Shown here in pieces: positions 63,322-64,000 of a stretch of 64,000 nt of DNA. A model generated the notes under the pieces. The model saw nothing but the letters and a program-made list of their open reading frames with translations, ran no database searches and was not told where the DNA came from. Positions within the stretch are counted from its first letter, which is position 1, and each line of letters starts with the position of its first letter. Location of the stretch: assembly GCA_051362555.1 (NCBI GenBank), contig CM120649.1, positions 19,916,567 through 19,980,566 of the forward strand, given 5' to 3'. The DNA is from Lingula anatina. Lineage: Eukaryota > Animalia > Brachiopoda. Made by a program: the position numbers and the translations under genes.

Positions 63322-64000
63322 AGCAAACAAGTTTCTAGACTAGATCTTGTGAGATATCTTCAAAAGTTTGTTAGTTAGCAATATGCCTAGATTCTAGTAT
63401 GTCACTAGAGGGCAGGTCGATATTCAGGCTTTTAGATTTAAATAAATATGTTATATTTAACATATCAATATGTTAAAACTGTTATTGGGTAATAGTAAAC
63501 ACAGGCAGAAAATAATGTGTCCTGTCTCCATAGCTTTGTAGTCAAATCTTATCATCCCAATACTAGGCATGGGGGCTTACTCTGTAATCAAACACATTCA
63601 AATAAAGCCATCTGCCACATGTTTCAATTTTTGGCAACATGTTTGAAAATGTCAAAAGCAGTTAACTGCAGCAAACCATACCAAGACCAAGGAAGTCTTA
63701 ATGCCAAATTTACTCTAGTCTGAAATCACCCCATTCTCAATTTATACACAAACACGTAATTTCAAATCCAAGATGACATTTCAGAAGGTCAAACAGAACA
63801 TTTCAGCCACATTTCCCATCTTTGCCTTAACAGAATAAGACTTTTTACTGCCTTATGGTCAATAACCATTGAGAACAGATTACAGGAATCCAAAGTCCAA
63901 ATAAAACACTGAGTACCTGCAAAGTTTACAACCACAGGAGGCGCAAGGCACAGCCTCAATTTCGCGTGACCTTTGAGGACCTTTTACCTGATAAGGTAAC

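Noticed and set aside
62534-63378. ORFs of 128 and 75 aa
   Set aside because: They derive from the 15-bp subterminal repeats of a non-autonomous element and have no transposase motifs.

Overview
AT-rich, intron-containing animal DNA with many microsatellites and MITEs. It looks lophotrochozoan or mollusc-like, but the species cannot be determined from the sequence. I reconstructed spliced gene models by hand. On + are an IL-17 receptor (SEFIR), a secreted coiled-coil/CASPR-type fibrinogen-like protein, and a secreted SCP-type EF-hand gene with a 1-nt frameshift. On - is a FASTK/RAP-domain gene whose large exon is split by a young 935-bp palindromic transposon. DCUN1D1 (-) lies head-to-head with MCM7 (+). 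A miR-92/miR-25 hairpin follows MCM7, and the last three exons of YAP/Yorkie (-) close the window. Three observations stand out. First, splice junctions in MCM7 and YAP are repeatedly duplicated or tandemly amplified, often next to a 17-bp minisatellite. Second, the foldback insertion in the FASTKD gene could be rescued by splicing. Third, miR-92 is linked to MCM7, as the miR-106b~25 cluster is in vertebrates.
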